Origin: Takakia lepidozioides
Taxonomy: Eukaryota > Plantae > Bryophyta
Direction of reading: 5' to 3'
Assembly: GCA_030704615.1 (NCBI GenBank)
Contig: CM060731.1
Span: 73,656,001-73,720,000 of the forward strand
DNA length: 64,000 bases
Both the position numbers and the translations under genes were made by a program. Position 1 is the first letter of the stretch, and each line of letters begins with the position of its first letter. Below the pieces are notes generated by a model, which was not told the DNA's origin, searched no databases, and saw only the letters and a program-made list of their open reading frames with translations. This document shows positions 62,732 through 64,000 of the stretch, piece by piece.

Positions 62732-64000
62732 CTCATGTTTTGTGAATTGACATGTTGGGAATTGCATTGGCTTTGCGAGTTCGCAGGTACACAAAATATG
62801 TGCTCATGGAGAGAAAACACTTGAGCGGTGTCCCTGATTATCTCGACATGTGGTCGGATCCTGACATGTGTCCGGATCTCCACATGTGGTCGGATCTTCG
62901 CTTGGGATCACAAACCGATTCCGTATTCGACAGCCCCCTGCCCAGTTTTTGCTTCCTGTGTATGCAGAAGAAATGGCACTTCGCATGTCCGAGGCTCCAT
63001 CACCTGATCCCAAAATGTCTGCACGCGGGAGTAGACATCCCAGATCTGAAGTTATGAATTTTTTGGACTTGGATGCAGAGGATGCGGGGATATGTTATAA
63101 TGAGTCCGAGTCAGATTGACCTTTAAAATTTTTATGTACTCTTTCTCATAAAAGTATTTTGACTTGTTGCGACTGTTCATTTGTCCCAAGTACGAACGGA
63201 ATGACTAATTACAAAACACACATTCGCGGGTTGACATCGCCCCACATGATATTGAAAAACATGAAATCCAACAAAGTTCGAAATTGCTTTCAGGGAAAAA
63301 AACTACATCAATCCATCGCAGTGTTTGCACTCATTCCCCATACATTCATCCATTCTATATTCATCCATCCTGCATTCATGAATCATTCACATTGTTTGCA
63401 CTCATCAATGTTATATTCATCCATCCTACATTCATTCAATCGATCGGCACGATGTTAAAGATGTAGTCTGCAATGACTGGAAAAGATAAATCATTCCGCG
63501 GAAATAGGCACCTACCTTCTGTCCGCGGACTGCTGATGTGTCGTGACACCCATGAACTAACATGGTGACAACTGCTGACGCGGCGTGAGCCTGACTGCGT
63601 TCACGTGCTCAAGCGGCTAGGCTTACGCGGAGGTATTCCCCCATTAAATCAGTGTGCATAAGATCTCCAGGTTTAGAGGATCGAATTCTGTTGTCATGCT
63701 TTGGAAATGACTATCAGTGGTTCTTTCCATTCACACAACCTTTACATAAACTCACGATTGTTGATCCTCTGTCAACTATCTGTTTACATGACCAAAATGA
63801 TGGTGCCAAAGGGTAAGGCTCTTCTTAGCCTCGAACTCTCTATGAAAGCATATAGTCCTCAAATGCATTCACGAAAGTGAATATTGCACTGTTGCCTTGA
63901 GGAGTGGGAATGATGACCTCTAATCTGAAGCTCATAGAGTTTGTTTTGTCTTCTTCTCGTCATCACTACTCTTCCGTTGCCATTCTTGTCAATGAGACGA

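Larger units (their letters stand above)
50404..63641 (-). mobile_element. Mutator-like non-autonomous member C (50404-50618 plus 61625-63641), hosting copy B
   Basis: TIRs CAACGATGCAACGGCGTGAGCC / GGCTTACGCGGAGGTATTCCCC; 9-bp TSD CATTGAATC (50395-403) / CATTAAATC (63642-50); accessory-gene fragments YTKYVLME..HLSG.PDYLDMWSDP and LPVYAEEMA..FLDLDAE (62787-63119). Confidence 0.85.
48987..64000 (-). mobile_element. Ty1/copia remnant (48987-50403 plus 63642-64000), split by the Mutator-like insertion; RT/RH deleted
   Basis: WH..FGH..CKGC..GK.H..HTDL at 63642-63810 continues as CGPM..YFVLFKD at <=50400; FGC..YVHIPK..RKKLE; EP.TF..A; PPT 49200-09; putative 3' LTR 48987-49199 (TATTG...CAATA). Confidence 0.85.

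Overview
Repeat-dense eukaryotic window, most likely from a non-seed land plant (inferred from spliceosomal introns, a BT1-type carrier gene, PLS-class PPR fragments and self-priming chromoviruses). It holds one apparently intact host gene: a 5-exon BT1/Brittle-1-like mitochondrial-carrier-family gene (40478-43601, minus). The rest is nested transposons: two RT-deleted chromoviruses with Tf1-style self-priming, a Ty3/gypsy with AG..CT LTR ends and an extra upstream ORF, a copia, L1-like LINE remnants, tRNA-SINEs, a Pack-CACTA carrying PPR fragments, hAT and mariner MITEs, and a 117-bp satellite. The main finding is a Mutator-like family present four times (A 30124-37448, B 50619-61615, C 50404-63641, D from ~6185). 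It has ~23-bp TIRs and 9-bp TSDs. It encodes a GCM-like/DDE/SWIM transposase and a divergently transcribed, multi-intron gene that fuses a ParB/Srx-like domain to a beta-class amino (N6A/N4C) DNA-methyltransferase-like domain. Each subfamily also carries its own array of spaced palindromes. All copies here are disrupted. Domain calls come from motif recognition by eye, not from database searches.
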